Below are positions 38,373-51,389 of a DNA stretch of 64,000 bases, piece after piece. The translations under genes were made by a program, and so were the position numbers. The notes below the pieces were generated by a model. The model was not told the origin of the DNA. It made no database searches and worked only from the letters and a program-made list of their open reading frames with translations. Source of the DNA: Polymyxa betae A26-41 (lineage: Eukaryota > Protista > Endomyxa: Phytomyxea); NCBI GenBank assembly GCA_003693705.1, contig RBZT01000680.1, forward strand, positions 1 through 64,000, given 5' to 3'. Numbering within the stretch: position 1 is the first letter of the stretch; every line of letters begins with the position of its first letter.

Positions 38373-39720
38373 GCCACCAGTCATTTCTCTGAGCAGGTTG
38401 TCAACAAAGCTGCTGCTTTGGGTATCACTTTGGGCCGATTTCCACCTGGCTGTACAAGTTTCATTCAAATTTGCGATTTGATGTACAACCAGGCGGAAAT
38501 CGGCCCAAAGTGATTCCCAAAGCAGCAGCTTTGTCCAGGGCTGCTTCTTCACATCTTCGTCTGCAGTTGTCTTGGGCACATACGCTGTAGGCTTAAGTTG
38601 GATCAGAGCGTGCTCTGACCCTGGGCCTGGACAGAAGTGCAAGGTTGATCGCAAGAATATCATTCAATGACTTGAAGGAGCGATAGAAGAAGTGGACTGC
38701 AATCTTTCGCTTGTTTCCCGTATCTCTAAAGCTTTTTTGACGTACGGCCAGGATTACCGTTCCCAAGATCAAACCGCCTTCTTGGAGTTTCTTATTAAAC
38801 ACGAAGCGAATGGGGTTTATAATAAGTCACCCTTAGAAAATCAGCAACGTATAAACTTTCAATGATCAAAATGTGCTATTGAAATCTAACAATCAGTCTT
38901 AACCCGTATTTTAATACAGTAGAAGCTTTTCTGTCAGTTTTGTGTTTTGAAAGTGCCCTAACAACTTAACAAAAAAATCACTATTTCTTGGCAAATATGA
39001 ACCACTTATAATATTAAGAGACTCACTTTGCGAAATCGGCCAAGGTGTATATATATTTGTTCAGTACGGTTGCGAGTACATACGCGACAAGGTGGAAGGT
39101 GCCTATTTAGTTGTCTGCTCAAATTCAAATTGTTTGGCTTTCTAGACGCCACCACGGAGAGGTTAGGCAAAAACGCACGGTGTTCGTCCTTCTCCAATCC
39201 AAGTACAGAGAAATCGGAGTCAGCCGATGAAGTGTTAGTATAAACGGTGATAGGGTCTCAGCAAAAACGCTCGAACGACAGGAAACCGTCCCTTTACAAT
39301 GTCCCAGTGCTTCTCAAACAAAAACCATTGCTTTCATCATGCGTAGCATTCAATATAGTTCTGCGTGATAAGCTCCAAACAGCTGTATCAGTTCCGAGAT
39401 AATTTGAAGTCAAAGTTTTGGAGAGCGTTAATGGTATCGTACAAGCAAAGTCAGAAATCTCACTCACGAAGCTTACTTTGATACGCAGGCAGCACCGATG
39501 ACTGTGCAGGGAGCAGGATTACAAGGAACGGTTATTGCAGTTAGAGTCAGCAAAGCTGCAATTCAGCAATGCTGATGCGACTAGAGCCGCAAAGACGACA
39601 ATGGTAGCAGATCGGATGAAAGCTGGCATTCCTTGGGAAGACATCAAAAAATCAATCAACTTAGTATTTCAATAAACTACCTACACAATACCCCCCAACT
39701 GTAGCATCTGCTTGTGGATC

Positions 39721-40662
39721 TTATCTCCAAACTGCCTCGGTTATTCCGATTTGATGCAACCTCGCAATCTCGGCGTCGTGTCGGTCAATCTCATGAGCTC
39801 GGCGTTCTTTGAATCTGGTGATTTTGTCGTCATCCAATCGCCGACTGTTAATCATGTTGTGAAGATCAAAGCTCGTCGTGACCCAGATGTCTTCCTGCTT
39901 GTTGATGCAAACCTGCAGACCACGCATTGACTGCCAATGTCCTTTCAGTATCCCGCTACCATGTCCAGAAACGACCCGTGCTTGTGAAAGCATTTTTGAA
40001 GGCTTCATTCTTGGTCAAATATTAAAGCAACATTCATCGAATATTGGCATTTTCGACTCCAATAAACCTCTCCTAGGAGCGCTGGGCGTCGGAACAATAC
40101 AACATGAGTGCGGTGGACGCAAAATGGAGACCCGAGATCGATGGCACACGATCCTTTATTGGTGATTGTAGAAAAGAAGTTGTCAGGAGTCGGTAGCAAG
40201 AAGACTGGTTTTGGTTGGGCGTGTGAGGCTTCACAAATTCGCAAGGCGTGTGCCTTGGACAGCACGACGAGGCCGCAACCACCTGCTGGCACGAGTACTT
40301 ACCGCGGACATTCGCGGTGGAGACTCGGCGATGATGGATTTTGGCTCCAAAATTATCGTGGCCACGACAATGAGTGCCGTCAGTTGATAGAATCCAACTC
40401 GAATCTCTGGTGGTCGAAATTGGCCTCTGCTGTCGCTCCCGTTCATCTGGCCAAAAAAATCCATTTCTAAGCCTGCAAGTTCATTGCAGCGATAACGCGT
40501 TTCGTATACAACGCAACAGTCCCATATCCGACGCCATTTGCCCGAGCCACTTTTCCCAACGACGACCCATTGCCAGAGTGCCTCATTCGATCTGATGCGC
40601 ACGACAACTGGACCCACACCTCCCTTTGTGGAATCGCAGAATTGTTGTGGAAAACAGGGCAA
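39721..40662 (-). pseudogene. Harbinger transposase remnant
   Basis: THVVLFRRP..GEVYWSRKCQYSMNV; GHGSGILKGHWQSMRGL; LHNMI. Confidence 0.7.
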
Positions 40663-42264
40663 TCTGAACCGCTAACAAACGATTAGATTCGCAAGCAATT
40701 AAACGGTTACAGGAAGCCAATAATTACCCTGTATACAATTTTCAAATGAGAGCAAATGTCTCCAAGCAACATCGAAGTTCTTGCTTGAAATCTGTGACAT
40801 CCAGGTAGGGGAGCAGTCGTAAGGCTCCCAGAACTTTGGGCAACTTGCAACGAGGAGCCACATAGCGAAGCAAAGCATGATATCATTCACAACGTGACTT
40901 TACGAATTTGTCCGAAATTTGAATTACAGCAATAAATCGCAACAGTTTATTGACCGACTGCTGTATCCTAATGGGGTTGCGACAATACTTAGCCTGATAA
41001 AAAGCATGTTGCATCAAGAGCAGCTGGCCAACTGCAGGCATTGATCAGCGTTTGCAACAGACCACACGAATCGATTCTCGTGTCATAATAAAGAAAGATA
41101 GTCTGCTACTTGAAGTTGGAAAGCGCGCCATCTTTAATTCCTTCGCACTGAGATTCTGCTTTAATGGCGTGCTTTTTTGGCATTTAAAGCAGGCGTTTAA
41201 GGCGTCGGAATGCGCAGCTTTGATACCCCCTATTGATTCGATGTCCAAACTCCCACAGTGAAATTGTCCGGCAGTTGGATAACTGGCTCTGGGCCCAGGG
41301 TGCCTTCTGCTTCTGTCATGTCATATTATTGAGAATATCGATGAGAAAAACATGGATCTCACTTTCCAGCTCCCTCGTTAACAAACTACGATTCTAAAGC
41401 AGCGAGATAGGTGATGCGAACGAACAAGCCAAACACAGCAGCGGCAACTGGCCAATACCATTCTGCTGGCCTGACCTAATGGTCACAACGAGTAGAAAAG
41501 AATGCATGCCGCTGTTGGAAACTGTGGAAGTGCCAGTGAGCCCAGTTTCCCGTGGCAAGCCAACGTGTGCTAAATTTTGGGGCATCGTTGTCCTTCCATC
41601 TTGTGAACCCGCAAGCTGAAACCACAAGTTAGTGGCAGCAATTTTTCCATCCGCCAGAGGCATGCTGGAATCACAAAGGGCAAACCACAATGAGTTAATG
41701 ACCCATCATGAAGATTTTCCCCAATACAGCTAGGGATGGAACCATCCCACAGCCCCAAATCTATATCGAATTCGCGTTCTGATCATGAGCTCTCCCTATT
41801 AGAAGGCTACATCATAAAAACAGGGTTTACTGACATCCACTTTCCAATAATAAACGGAAGAACAATGACACCCACTTTGTGGTTCTGTGACTGAAACTAG
41901 ACTTGAGAAGTGGGTGTATATTGTTTGAAATCTTTGGTCTTCCGCAGCAAGGCTTCAAATATCGCCTTTCGGCTAACATTGGATAAGTTGACTTTCTCAG
42001 ACCCTCTTGTTTCCATCTCCAACCACGCAGGGCGATGATGCTGCAAATTTCGAACGTGGCGGGAGATTTCCCCGGGTTCACCCCGGAACCTCAGTTTTGG
42101 AGGGTCATGGCGCAGCCTCTATTAACCCCCATCTAGAAATAAGGATACCTCCAGAAAGCTCGTCAGTAGAACGCGGTTTGTTATTCCACGGGGTTTTGAA
42201 ATTTTTCTCTTCTTAAGTTTTCAGAAGTGCGCAAATCGGACTATCATTTTTGAACTGAGGGAGT

Positions 42265-44615
42265 TAGGGGAGTCCAAAGTTCGGTTAACGGTTAACCGGT
42301 TCATCCGCATCGGCGATACCTCGGATCATCGGTTCGGTTAATTCACCGGTTTAACCTCGGTTTAACCGGTTAACCACTGAAATTTCAAAATCCAAATACA
42401 CGAATCAAACTCATTAATAACCGGTTAAAATTAATAAAGTCCAAAATAAACAAATCAAACTCCGTTTTATTATTTACTTGAAATTTCCAAGCAGGCGGTT
42501 CCATGAGCGGACTTTCATCATGATTGATATATTTTCGTCTGAGAGTGAGCTACGGTCGGCACTGACGGAATCTCCACTGTCAGAGAAAGCAGATTCTGAT
42601 GCGACCGATGATCCCGGCATCATTAGCACGTCCCGAGCTAAAAGACTCAGCTTGGGGAAACGTCCGGATTGCTGTTTCCACCAAATTACGGAACATTTAC
42701 AGGAGCGATCAGGCTTCAGCGTCATCATCGCGTAGTCCTCCACTTCGTCCGTAGAATTATCCTCAGGTCCGCTGGTAGCCGTAAACAAGTTAAACGATAT
42801 GTCGGCTTTTTCATCGGAATAGATGACATAATCGTACTCGGCAACCATAATGTCTCGAATTTTTAGCTTAATTTCTACGGGGGCAACTTGACTGCTCTGC
42901 CGTGGATCTAAAAATAATGTAATAGAGGCGGTGTCATTATTCAGGTTCTGTTGATATTTCTCAAGCTTGGTCAACATTGATGAAGCAGCTTGCTTGACTG
43001 TAGGAGTTGTAAATCCTGTTGATGTAGTTCCAGCAATGGTTTCCAGGCACAGTTTTTTAAGATGCTGATATATCAAAGGTTTCATAGCGAGAGTGACATA
43101 ATTTTTCCCACTTGCTGCGTTTGTACATTGAAACGCTTATTCCAGGAAATCTTTTGATGACTTCAAAACACGCCAATTCAAATCACTCATTTTCATAGAA
43201 TCAAGCCGTTCTTTAAACTCCGCTTGATTGCAAACCGCTTCAAGAATATCACGATTTTTTAAGCAATTATCAATCATCAAGAATGTTGAGTTCCAACGTG
43301 TTTCGACATCGATATTTGGCACATTTTGAATGAAGGGTCGTCCAAAGACAACGGTGAGATCAGCATACTTTTGACGCATAAGGCCAGCTCCTCTAATCAT
43401 CTTGAGAAGGTCTTTTAGCATCGAAATTTCACGCTTGATCAGTTTTGTAGCATCAACAACAGCTCGATTGATTACGTGACAAATACAGCGGATATGGGAC
43501 TCATCTGATGAAGGGGCAGATTCAACTGTAACGTAGTATTCAAGTATGCGCGGACATTTTTCATTGCAGGAATCATTTCTCCCCCGCTGTCAGACGTGAC
43601 AGCAACGACACGAGTGTGAAGCTTGAAATCTTCAAGAACGGAGATAATCAGCTCAGAAGTAGTATGCTGATTGTGAGGAGGAGGAAAATGTTTAAATTCT
43701 AAAACAGCATTTTTCAACACCAATCGGCGTCAATCCAATGAAGAGTAATCACAAAGTAGCCCCTCATGACCCTCGATGACCATCCGTCAAGCGTCAGAGC
43801 TACGCGTCCTGGAATGTCGTTGATTCTCGAGGTAAACTTGAGTAACGATTCCTGATATTGTTCATGTAACGCGCGTCCAAGCGTGCTCCGACTGGGAAGC
43901 GAATAATGCCGATTTAAAGACTTGCAGAAAGCAACAAAAGCATTTGATTCGACCAACGAAAAAGGCTGCTTGTTATCGACAATGAATCCGATAAGGTGTT
44001 TCAGAATTGAAGCTTTGGTGTTATCGTCAACTTCAAAGGGGTCGGCAACTTGACCTGAGGCGATCAAGATGCAGTGGTTTTCGTCGCCAGTTTTTCCGTC
44101 TTGCTCAATTTTGTGTGAAACGGCCAGATGACGCTTCAGTGTGCTAACACCGGTACTGGCTGCATATGATATATGATTTTTGGTACATTGAGTGCAGAAA
44201 ACTCGTCCATCTCGTCTGTTGTAATAAGACCACACCCACGAAGAGTATGCGGAAATTTTACGTTTACGACCTGTTTTCGTGTAGCTGCTGTGTGTAGCCC
44301 TTCATTCGACCCAGATACCTGTGACGAAGCAACAATGCCGCGCTGTTGGACGGCCGATGCAGCGCGGTCCTGAGATTCAGGCTCCGATTCCGAGAGACTA
44401 CTACTGGGAGAGAACCCACTGTAATCGGTCATTGAAGAACAGAGAAAGGAGATGAATGAGAAAGAAATCGATGAAATGCCGCATGCGCAGTTTATGAATT
44501 TTTTACCCGGCTAACCGATCGGTTAATCGGTTAGGAGAAAACCATGAACTGGTTAACCGGTTCGCGCGGTTAACCGGTTAACCGATTCTTTTGAACCGAA
44601 CTTTGGACAATCCTA
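42265..44615 (-). mobile_element. Full-length hAT DNA transposon (2.35 kb)
   Basis: TIRs TAGG..GTCCAAAGTTCGGTT; 8-bp TSD GA(G/T)GGAGT at 42257-42264 and 44616-44623; subterminal CGGTTAACCG repeats. Confidence 0.92.
42474..44432 (-). pseudogene. hAT transposase with BED finger (frameshifted)
   Basis: WSYY..CTQC..LKRHL..H; ALTLDGWS; TSDSG; RCICH; ETRWNST; SVASESAFS. Confidence 0.92.
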
Positions 44616-44834
44616 GATGGAGTATATCGTAAAATCAGGGGAATATTCGTCGAATATCCAGCGCCAGTCATTAAAACACGTCCAGAATCAGGCTTATATA
44701 ATTCCATACACTACCTCCCCCAAGGCAAATTTATGCAGGAAGGTAGAAAATTTGTGAAATTGCATATGTAGAAACACCAGTAAAACCGCCCGCATCAAAC
44801 CCTGTGGGATAAATATTGGTTTTGGAAAAAAGGT

Positions 44835-45084
44835 CTACTTACTAACAGGTCCACGCACTTTCATTAATGATGCGTCTATAATGGGTAAAAATGGGTGATT
44901 TGGATAATACTTCACGAAGTTATGGATAGCACTTGGCGAAAGTTTTTGGATAATTTTTCCTGGGCACCAGGTATTTTCTAGATCGGAAGGTCCTCTCCAT
45001 TGTACCTGGTATTCAACATCAGTACAAGTTGCATTTTGTCTAGCATCACGGATTTTCTCAACCTGTTGATTAGACATGTCATAT
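44835..45084 (-). pseudogene. Gypsy integrase-terminal chromodomain
   Basis: VEKIRDAR..EYQVQWRG...NTW.P; joins in frame to 48957 onward once element B is removed. Confidence 0.8.
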
Positions 45085-48000
45085 CCCTAGGCCACCGATA
45101 TTAGGAATGTATACATATTATCACTCAACCGGACTTTTCTATAATTTGCGTGAACTGGGCAATAAAAAGAATATATTCTTATTAGCTTGTCACAGAATAC
45201 TGAAACGGCAGCCGTCTGTTATGAGGCCCCAGCTGATTGTTTGTATTTTTGAAGATAACATATCTGTTTTAGGATCAAAAGGTACGCTCAGCAAGATCCA
45301 TTGCCTCTCTTGACCTATTCTCTTTCCAACTGGATCCCTGCGATTCTACATTGCTAATATGGCTGGACCAGAGAGGACGTTCCTGAATGGGAGATTGTTG
45401 ACGAAGACGAATTTCTTGATAGCGCTGGTGGCCCCCGTTATAAACAGTTCCTTCGAACCATTGTCGATCGAATTTCTAGAAACTATGCGAACCGTCGTGT
45501 GGGAGCGTCGCGCAGAGAAATGGTTTTGACCGTGATCGAGCCCGCTTTCCACAGACTAGTGTCATTCTTCAACTCCGCGATGCCAGCGAGCATTCAGCAC
45601 ACAAAAGTCGCTGAATATTCGCTTTATTAGAACTGCTTTAGTGATGTCAGCTTTGAACTGTTCTTCCGACCAAAAGTTCGAGATCATGGAGGGTCTTAAA
45701 CTACCAGTTTTGGATTACGGACGACTTAAATAACTGTTAGAAAGCACCCGAGCGTACTCAGCATTGGGGAGAACTGGGTCATGGACACGTGGATGACGCT
45801 CAAGGCGACCATACACCAAAATTCATGGAGCTTGAATGGATTCGTTTGGAGGAGAGCCGACGCCGCATTCTGGACGCTGACAACGCGTGGTTTGTTGTTG
45901 ATGATGACTTGATCAGTTCAAGAGCACAAGATGTTCAAGTTAAGACTTTGAGTCAGAGGAAGGCTGGCAAGGATTGACACACAGCTTATGTCTTGGCTGA
46001 TAAGCATTCTCGTATTGGAAAAGCAAGTAAGCTACGTGTGAGAGGTGCGAAACAAGAGGAATCTGTTGATTACCTGTTCAAGCTACTGACAAACCATCAC
46101 GCTGGATCTCTTCGAAGCTGTGGTGACTCAAGATCGGGGATACGGGAACCCTGAAATTGAAATGAAAACGGTTCAGAGCGGAATGGGGTGCACCCTCATC
46201 ATGCCGAATCACCTTATGAATCACCACCCCTATGCCTGATGCCTCAGAATCACAGCTTCAGGCATCGAAGCTGCTGCCACTTTTTATAAGGCAAGGAACA
46301 ACCAATCTACTTTCGAGATCGGCCAAAGTGATGATGATCCTGACGAAAATGATGAAGTTGATGATATTGACACTGACGGAATGGCAATCGGTTTGCATGA
46401 AGTTGAATCGAAACGAAAACACGAGGTCATTCTGATAACAAATCTGGGTAATGCCAGAGCATCTTTGCTTGGGGCCGATGTTTGGGCGGCTTCGAAAAAG
46501 GTCAAAGTTGCTGGACAATCTAATGCTGTTTCAATGCAGGTATTCGCTATTGCCGTTCGCGAGCGTGACGATCAGAAAGCCTGTAAAAGATTGAGGTTGT
46601 GCATCGCGTGGCCCAGTATTCTTTAATTTTTTCACAAATGGATGACGGTTTATAATGATCTAAGCAAATGCAATGCCAATAATACTTTGTTGTTTCCAGA
46701 AGATTCTGCTGTTACGAAGACCCGGTCACGTGTAATTATTGAAGAAGCAGTTGCGGGCCTATGCGCAGACTGGTTTCAGCTGCGAAGCTATCGTTGCACT
46801 GCCACTATGGCAGCATTTCTGATTCGTCTTGACACGTTCGCTCACAGGTTCATGTCGCGTTCTTGTTCAATTAATGTTACTGACGCTCCAGATTCCGATG
46901 GCATTATTCAAATGTTTGTGAAATCGTGGTTTCATCGACACTCATCCACAGATATTATGCGAAGAGGAACGAAAATGAAGCTCGAATTGTTGAAGCCATT
47001 TCAGACCTGAGCATTGTCGACCACATCTGTGAGGTTGGCTTGATTCGACACAAGACCCTTCAATGGGCTGCAGCTTCCCCTGATGGTATAGCGATGATCT
47101 CGATTCCTACTGGGGTTTTCCCTTGTGTTGTCGAGATCAAGAGCGAGATCGTTGGCTCCAGCGTTGACGCAGCTGTTGCTGTTCGTAACAGATACGGCAC
47201 GTTGATCTACTTGAAAGTTGAGGACGATGTTTGGTGGGAAGCAATTCCTAAAGAGCATCGGGCGCAGCTGCTGCATCAGGTATGGAGATGGGTGAGATTA
47301 TCATTGACGTGATCCTGTAACAACATGATCTACAAGTTTGTGTCTCTGAATTCAACTACTTTATCTACTGCAAGGCTCGGGAAACATCTCCAATCTATTG
47401 TGCAGTTGGGTACGTCACGTTTACTCAAAAAGATGCCTTCATCGGCGCTTTCACCAACGTGGGAAATTCTCCGCTTGACTGGACGCACACGGACGTCAGG
47501 CCCCATGATGTTGTCCTGCCGGCATGGATCGAAAATCAGACTCGGATATTCTTCGTTCGCATTATCGCTTTTGGAGAATGATTCAGGATACTGCTCAGTT
47601 GAAGGGACCATTGAAACCTGTCAAAGTCTCTAAGCACAGTGCGCAATCCCTTTATTCAAAGATGAAACGGGGAGTTGATGGTGCAGCTGACTATTTATCT
47701 CGAATATCATTCCCACTGGCAAACTTGCCTTCGAGGTTAAATTCGTGCTGAGGTCGGTAATTATGGTTGTCATCAACGCATGCATCGCATACAGAATGCA
47801 TAGATGACGAGATTTGGTTGATAGCGGTGATAAATTCCCAAACAGATTGCTGAATAATTGTTAACGATCTGTGGCGAGAGTCGAATATGTATCAGATTGT
47901 ATATTCAAGGCCGGTAAGGAATTGCTAGTCTCTGCCCCAACTGTACCGCCTCCAAACGCTGATGTTTCGACAAGTGAATCTACATAGGCACGCGGCTCGT

Positions 48001-48952
48001 TGACAAAAAAACAGGTGGCGTTATTGCAAGCAAAGATTCCAATCAGGGAACCTTTGAAATTTTTCAACTCTCAGGACGGGCAACTCTTACGAGATTCACG
48101 AGGCAATCACGTTCCCATTATGAACGCAACCGACCCAAAGACAAATAAGCCGTATACTCGTGGCAGAAGATGCGTTTCGTGCGTTCGGGAGTTAAATCGT
48201 ACTGTACCACCTGTCGCCAGTTTATGTGTGCATCCGTCCTAGGCACTCAAAGCACAGCCTGCGCCGTTACGCTCCACCGACGAAAGAAGTTGGCCTCGAC
48301 GAGAGATACAACTCGTCAAAAACGAAAGTATTCGATTTCGGATGAGCAACCATAAAATCGACTGCAACGTCGTCTGAAATTGTCAGATTCGAATGCAGAC
48401 CAGGAGGCAAATCTTGCAGATGATCGAGATCGAACAGTTGGCGATTCTAATGATCAACTGTCCGATTGTTATGCAGATATTGTTGACGGGGAGCATGCCA
48501 ACCACGTTTCTCACACTTTTGGAGTCGAGGCGAGTACACCCTCTTCACAATGGCCAGACGGGGCCAGAGAATCATGAATATTTTTCTTAGACCGGTTCCT
48601 AGCACGGCATCCAGGGCATGAAATCGCCACTATGCATCGTACTCGACATTTAAGTGACGAGCCTAAGAAGATTCAACGGCATTTTCTAACCTTAGATTTC
48701 AGAAAAAGGGCTTTTGAGATAATAAGAATATAGTCTTAATAAAGAAAATCTCCGATGTGAGCCCTATCAATATTCAAAATCAATTTATGAAGCAACCGAC
48801 AGGGCAACAGAGAATATGTTTTGGAACTGAGCTGGGGAGAGCATTGCAGCCATCACCCAAATAAAAACCGAGTTGATAACGCTGTTTACTCGCTTGTACA
48901 GCATTCCAAATTGCTATTCGGAATATATTGTTAAGATCTCCGTGGCTTAGGG
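45085..48952 (+). mobile_element. piggyBac-like element B encoding a DDD transposase-YqaJ exonuclease fusion (3868 bp)
   Basis: TIR CCCTA(G/A)GCCAC(C/G)GA(T/G)AT; TSD ATAT at 45081-45084 and 48953-48956; excision restores host frame IIKQLQYDMSNQQVEKI. Confidence 0.88.
45359..48355 (+). pseudogene. piggyBac-like DDD transposase with embedded YqaJ domain and C-terminal Cys-rich finger (disrupted)
   Basis: FVVDDD..RKAGKD (~45900); TQDRGY (~46130); ADWFQLR..TAT (~46770); MRRGT.NE; GL..AASPDG (~47080); VEIK; HRAQLLHQ; YSKMKRGVD (~47670); RCVSC/YCTTCRQFMC..C...H. Confidence 0.8.
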
Positions 48953-48956
48953 ATAT

Positions 48957-49585
48957 TGAAGCTGCTTAATAATAACATCAGTTATATCAAGATGTTTATC
49001 ACAATAAAACTGAATCCGATCACAATGTATTTGTTGTATCTCTCCAGTGAGCAAATTTTCAACTGTGAAAAAAGTCAGATGCATGAAAATCGACAATTAG
49101 ATGAGGTCCATGCCATACAAAATCGAGTATATTATCAGTTTTGTTTCTTGTAATGGAACAAGACATCGTCGCCAACATCAAAGTTAGGCAATTCCAATGT
49201 TTTGATTTACTATCTCGGTGAGATTGCCGCTCAGTCTCTGTAGCAGCTACAATTGCTTTATGCATATACCGGTACTGAAAACTATTCTGCCAGTTTTCAA
49301 TTGAATTTACAATTTGGTCTGCTTGAATATCATCAGAGCTAATAGCAAACGTTTTGTGCTATAAAAATTAATATCTAGAGGGTTGTCAGCTGGCCATCCG
49401 GTCATTACAGTGATCGGCCGGTGAAAAGCTAAACGACATGTGGACGATGGTTTATGACATACATGTTGCACCAGTTTTACAAAACAAGGCCAATCAGCGT
49501 AATCAGAGCGAAATTCTGATATTATACAAGGTATTAAATTTACAACATTACGATTCACAATTTTAATCGTGCCATTTGAGTATGA
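48957..49585 (-). pseudogene. Gypsy integrase C-terminal remnant
   Basis: YSNGTI..NR; DWP; VMTG..NPL; WHGP; HCDRIQFY. Confidence 0.8.
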
Positions 49586-49762
49586 GGCTGGTTCAAGTGT
49601 GAGAAAATGCGGGGAATAAATGCGCAATAAAGGAAAATGCGGTTGAAAAGTGCAGCGGACGGAAAATGCGGCGGCGGATTTTTCAAAGGGCTGCGCCAGA
49701 ATTGCGCCCACTGGGAGAATGGAGCTGCATTCTCTGCAATTATCCATTTCTGGGCGTCAGCC

Positions 49763-50501
49763 ATGTCGACTGAATCGGCCCCGAACCTAGCTCCTTCCAC
49801 TCCGTCTAGCCATGGGACGAGCAAGCGGGCAAGAGGTCGACCATCTAAGGATGAGAACCGTGAAAAACCAATAGCTTGGTCTAATGGTATGGTGGAGCAG
49901 TTGATGGAGCTGCGTTCTAAACAGTTTTATGATTTTTTCAAAGATAGTAAGCATTGTCACCGCATTTCAGATGGCTGGAACAAAATAGGATACGAAATGA
50001 CCAAAACAACTGGGCAAAACATCACCAAAGATAAGGCACGACAGAAATTCACACAATTAAACAAAAAATGGCGCCATCACAAGCCCGATGGAAAAGAATC
50101 TACCAAAACCGACAATGAAGACCCTGGTGATAATAATAAAGACGAAGGTTTCGAATGACTGCTGCTCAGGTCAGAGAGTCAATCATTCAGCTAGGGGTCA
50201 ACAATTGATCACTAATGTACAACCAACAAAAACTAACCTGATCGGCAATGGAATAGCATTGATGGGTCTGTCCTTGGAAGGCGGCCTTGCTGGACTTTCA
50301 GAAGGGCTCAATAATATTGCTTCCTCCTTATACTGCCAGGTGCCGGAAAAGACCAATGAAGAAATGCGGTCGCTCATGAAAGGAGTCAAGGAAGATCAAA
50401 ACAAAACTCGAGAGGCTCTTGAGCGGGTAGCCACCATGCTAGAGCGGGGTGCAGCCGTCCAGGAAGCACTTCTCGAATTTCATCGCTCTAAGAAAGATTG
50501 A
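49763..50501 (+). pseudogene. Harbinger Myb/SANT accessory protein with AT-hook
   Basis: KRARGRPSK; WSNGMVEQLMELR..GWNKI..KFTQLNKKW; coiled C-terminus. Confidence 0.75.
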
Positions 50502-50533
50502 GTGTAACTACAGCACATGCAGAATACTTTATA

Positions 50534-51259
50534 TCATTTTCGTTGCGCCCACAAATAAGCTCGAATTAGGTCACGACTTTTCTTAGCTGCCTCTCCAGCA
50601 ACTGCCACAGCTCCGTTGCCTGCGAGATTATCATTGGAGTCAATTTCAATTATAGGTTGATGGGCGTCTCCCTCCACCTCTACGTACACATCGTGCAGGT
50701 CGATAAGGATATTACGCAGAATAAGGCAAGCTCGAACAATTCGTGCCATACGCTTAACACTCACCTTTTCGTATCGACAGTCAGCTCGGCCATTGCCTTC
50801 GTTGCCTTTCTGATTCAACGGTGCTTTGAAAATGCGGAAACGGTTCTTCAAAAGCCCAAGAGCTATTTCGATGTTGATCCGAGTAATTGAATGAAGGCTA
50901 TTATAATGTTTCTCCTGGGAATCTCTGGTGTCATTGTCATACGGTGTCAATGCAATGTGTGAACAGCTGGTATCCTGTATCAGCGACGATCCCCTTACAA
51001 GCAGGAATAATAGCTGCAATAGTCCGGCCAAATTTCGAGCGGTTATAAACACCTTTGTCGTTCTCGGATCCAGGGAGATTCTTTCGAGGAAATGATACGA
51101 AATTGTGCGTAAAAAGTATGATGAATTTACGGCCAACCCTATTGTATTGATAAAATAATAAATCACCAGGGTCCACTTCAGTCGGGCCGAGTACATCTCC
51201 GTTCCGATCGCCGATAGTCCGTGACCATAAACTTTTGCGTGGTCTGCTATCCAACACAT
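50534..51259 (-). pseudogene. Harbinger transposase C-terminal part
   Basis: PGSENDKGV; IVADTGY; HSITRINIEIALGLLKNRFRIF; ACLILRN. Confidence 0.85.
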
Positions 51260-51389
51260 ACCGGTACTCTCATTGAATTGTCATTAGGTCACGTCATCCA
51301 TGATCGCCAGCGAGTAGGCATCGTAGAAATCGTCCAGGCCGGCTACCTCTCTCGAGCCATCGTCCAGGAAGGCTACCTTTTCTCCGGAG

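Larger units (their letters stand above)
42179..44710 (-). repeat. 3' LTR (about 170 bp net) of a chromodomain Gypsy element, split by the hAT insertion
   Basis: Minus-strand PPT GGGGGAGGTAG (44711-44721) then TGTATGG...; candidate end ...GGAATAACA at 42179. Confidence 0.55.
49586..51260. mobile_element. Truncated Harbinger element (Myb/SANT ORF plus convergent transposase)
   Basis: Candidate left end GGCTGGTTC after TGA, at the point where the Gypsy frame breaks; GAAAATGCG subterminal repeats; right end lost. Confidence 0.65.
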
